Assembly: GCA_012295275.1 (NCBI GenBank)
Contig: CM022678.1
Coordinates: 16,802,001-16,866,000, forward strand
DNA: 64,000 nt
Direction: 5' to 3'
Source of the DNA: Chrysomallon squamiferum
Lineage: Eukaryota > Animalia > Mollusca
Both the position numbers and the translations under genes were made by a program. Below, one piece after another: positions 63,201 to 64,000 of this stretch. Position 1 is the stretch's first letter. Every line of letters begins with the position of its first letter. The notes beneath the pieces are model-generated. The model was given only the letters and a program-made list of their open reading frames with translations, searched no databases and was not told the DNA's origin.

Positions 63201-64000
63201 CTGGACCACGTTGTCAGCAGCACTGTAATAACACCGACGTCAAAGGTTTCTGCATCGGTGACTGTTTCTCTGGGTTCTTTGGTCCAAAGTGCGAAGAAGG
63301 GTGTCCAGTCGGATGTAAAGACAAAGTCTGCAACAAAACGACGGGAGAGTGTTCACTATGCCCTGAAGGATTTTGGGATACAACTTGTCAGCTTCGTTGT
63401 TCAGATAACTGTCTAAACAATTCCAGTAATGAAAGCGGCAAATGTTCTGTAGGTTGTAAAGTTGGGTTTTTCGGAATGAACTGCTCAAAGACATGCAACG
63501 CGAACTGTCTACATCAGGTATGTAAGAGGGAAAACAGATCGTGTACGGATGGCTGTGTTTCTAGTGAATACTACGGAGACTTTTGCGACAAAGACTGTCC
63601 TCATCGTTGTGTGAATTCCACCTGTGATCGTACAACTGGGAAATGTAAGAACAGATGGAAAGGAACGGATATTTATGGCACATTTTGCAACAATTCTTGT
63701 GGCTCAGTATGTCGTGTTCGATGTGAAAATATCTCCGAATACGTTCTATGCAGGGCGGTTTGTGTCAGCGGAAGAAAGGGAGAACATTAATGATAATAAT
63801 AATAGTAATAATAATAATGAAAATAACATCAAGAAGAAATATTTAGGAAGAAGGAAAAAATAAAAAATAACATAATCGTAAAAGTTCCTTTAGTGCAGTG
63901 ATGACAATAATTGCAATAACAGTTGTGATTATAAATTAATCTTTCAATTTCCGTATCTAGAAAAAGGAAGAAAAGATCTAAAAAGAATCAGCGACGTGCA
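59844..64000 (+). pseudogene. Copy F: disabled receptor paralogue running off the window
   Basis: ISRE 59844-59856 present but exon 1 deleted (~59960); ShKT exon 62014-62118 (CKDNADLCTFEICKEHEMDCMKTCHVC); EGF acceptor AG>AT (62974-62975); TAG 63164-63166; deletion at ~63788 removes the 3' EGF part and TM exon; basic exon starts at 63961. Confidence 0.85.

Overview
AT-rich, microsatellite-dense animal DNA; the repeat texture and gene content suggest a mollusc, possibly a cephalopod (inference, not proven). Most of the window is a + strand tandem array of at least six paralogues (A-F) of one single-pass receptor gene. Its architecture, reconstructed exon by exon, is signal peptide - ShKT-like 6-Cys domain - about 12 MEGF10/SREC-like Cys-rich EGF-type repeats in one 1.2-kb exon - TM - polybasic juxtamembrane - acidic Tyr-rich linker - a single protein tyrosine phosphatase (PTP) domain. 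Copy C (25441-35200, 13 exons, 935 aa) is intact. Copy D (46864-55306, 6 exons, 568 aa) is an intact-looking PTP-less receptor ending in YQQM. Copies A, B, E and F are disabled or fragmentary. The ShKT inter-cysteine loops are hypervariable, and each intact first exon has an ISRE/IRF-type motif (GGAAANNGAAAC) about 210-225 bp upstream, consistent with a rapidly evolving, possibly paired, innate-immune receptor cluster. Also present: a decayed KRBA2/SCAND3 (Ginger-like) integrase transposon; a DNAJB processed pseudogene with poly(A) and a 10-bp TSD inserted into a tRNA-like element whose empty paralogous site lies in the window; a ~490-bp satellite; two minisatellite expansions; and a Helentron/HINE-like element.
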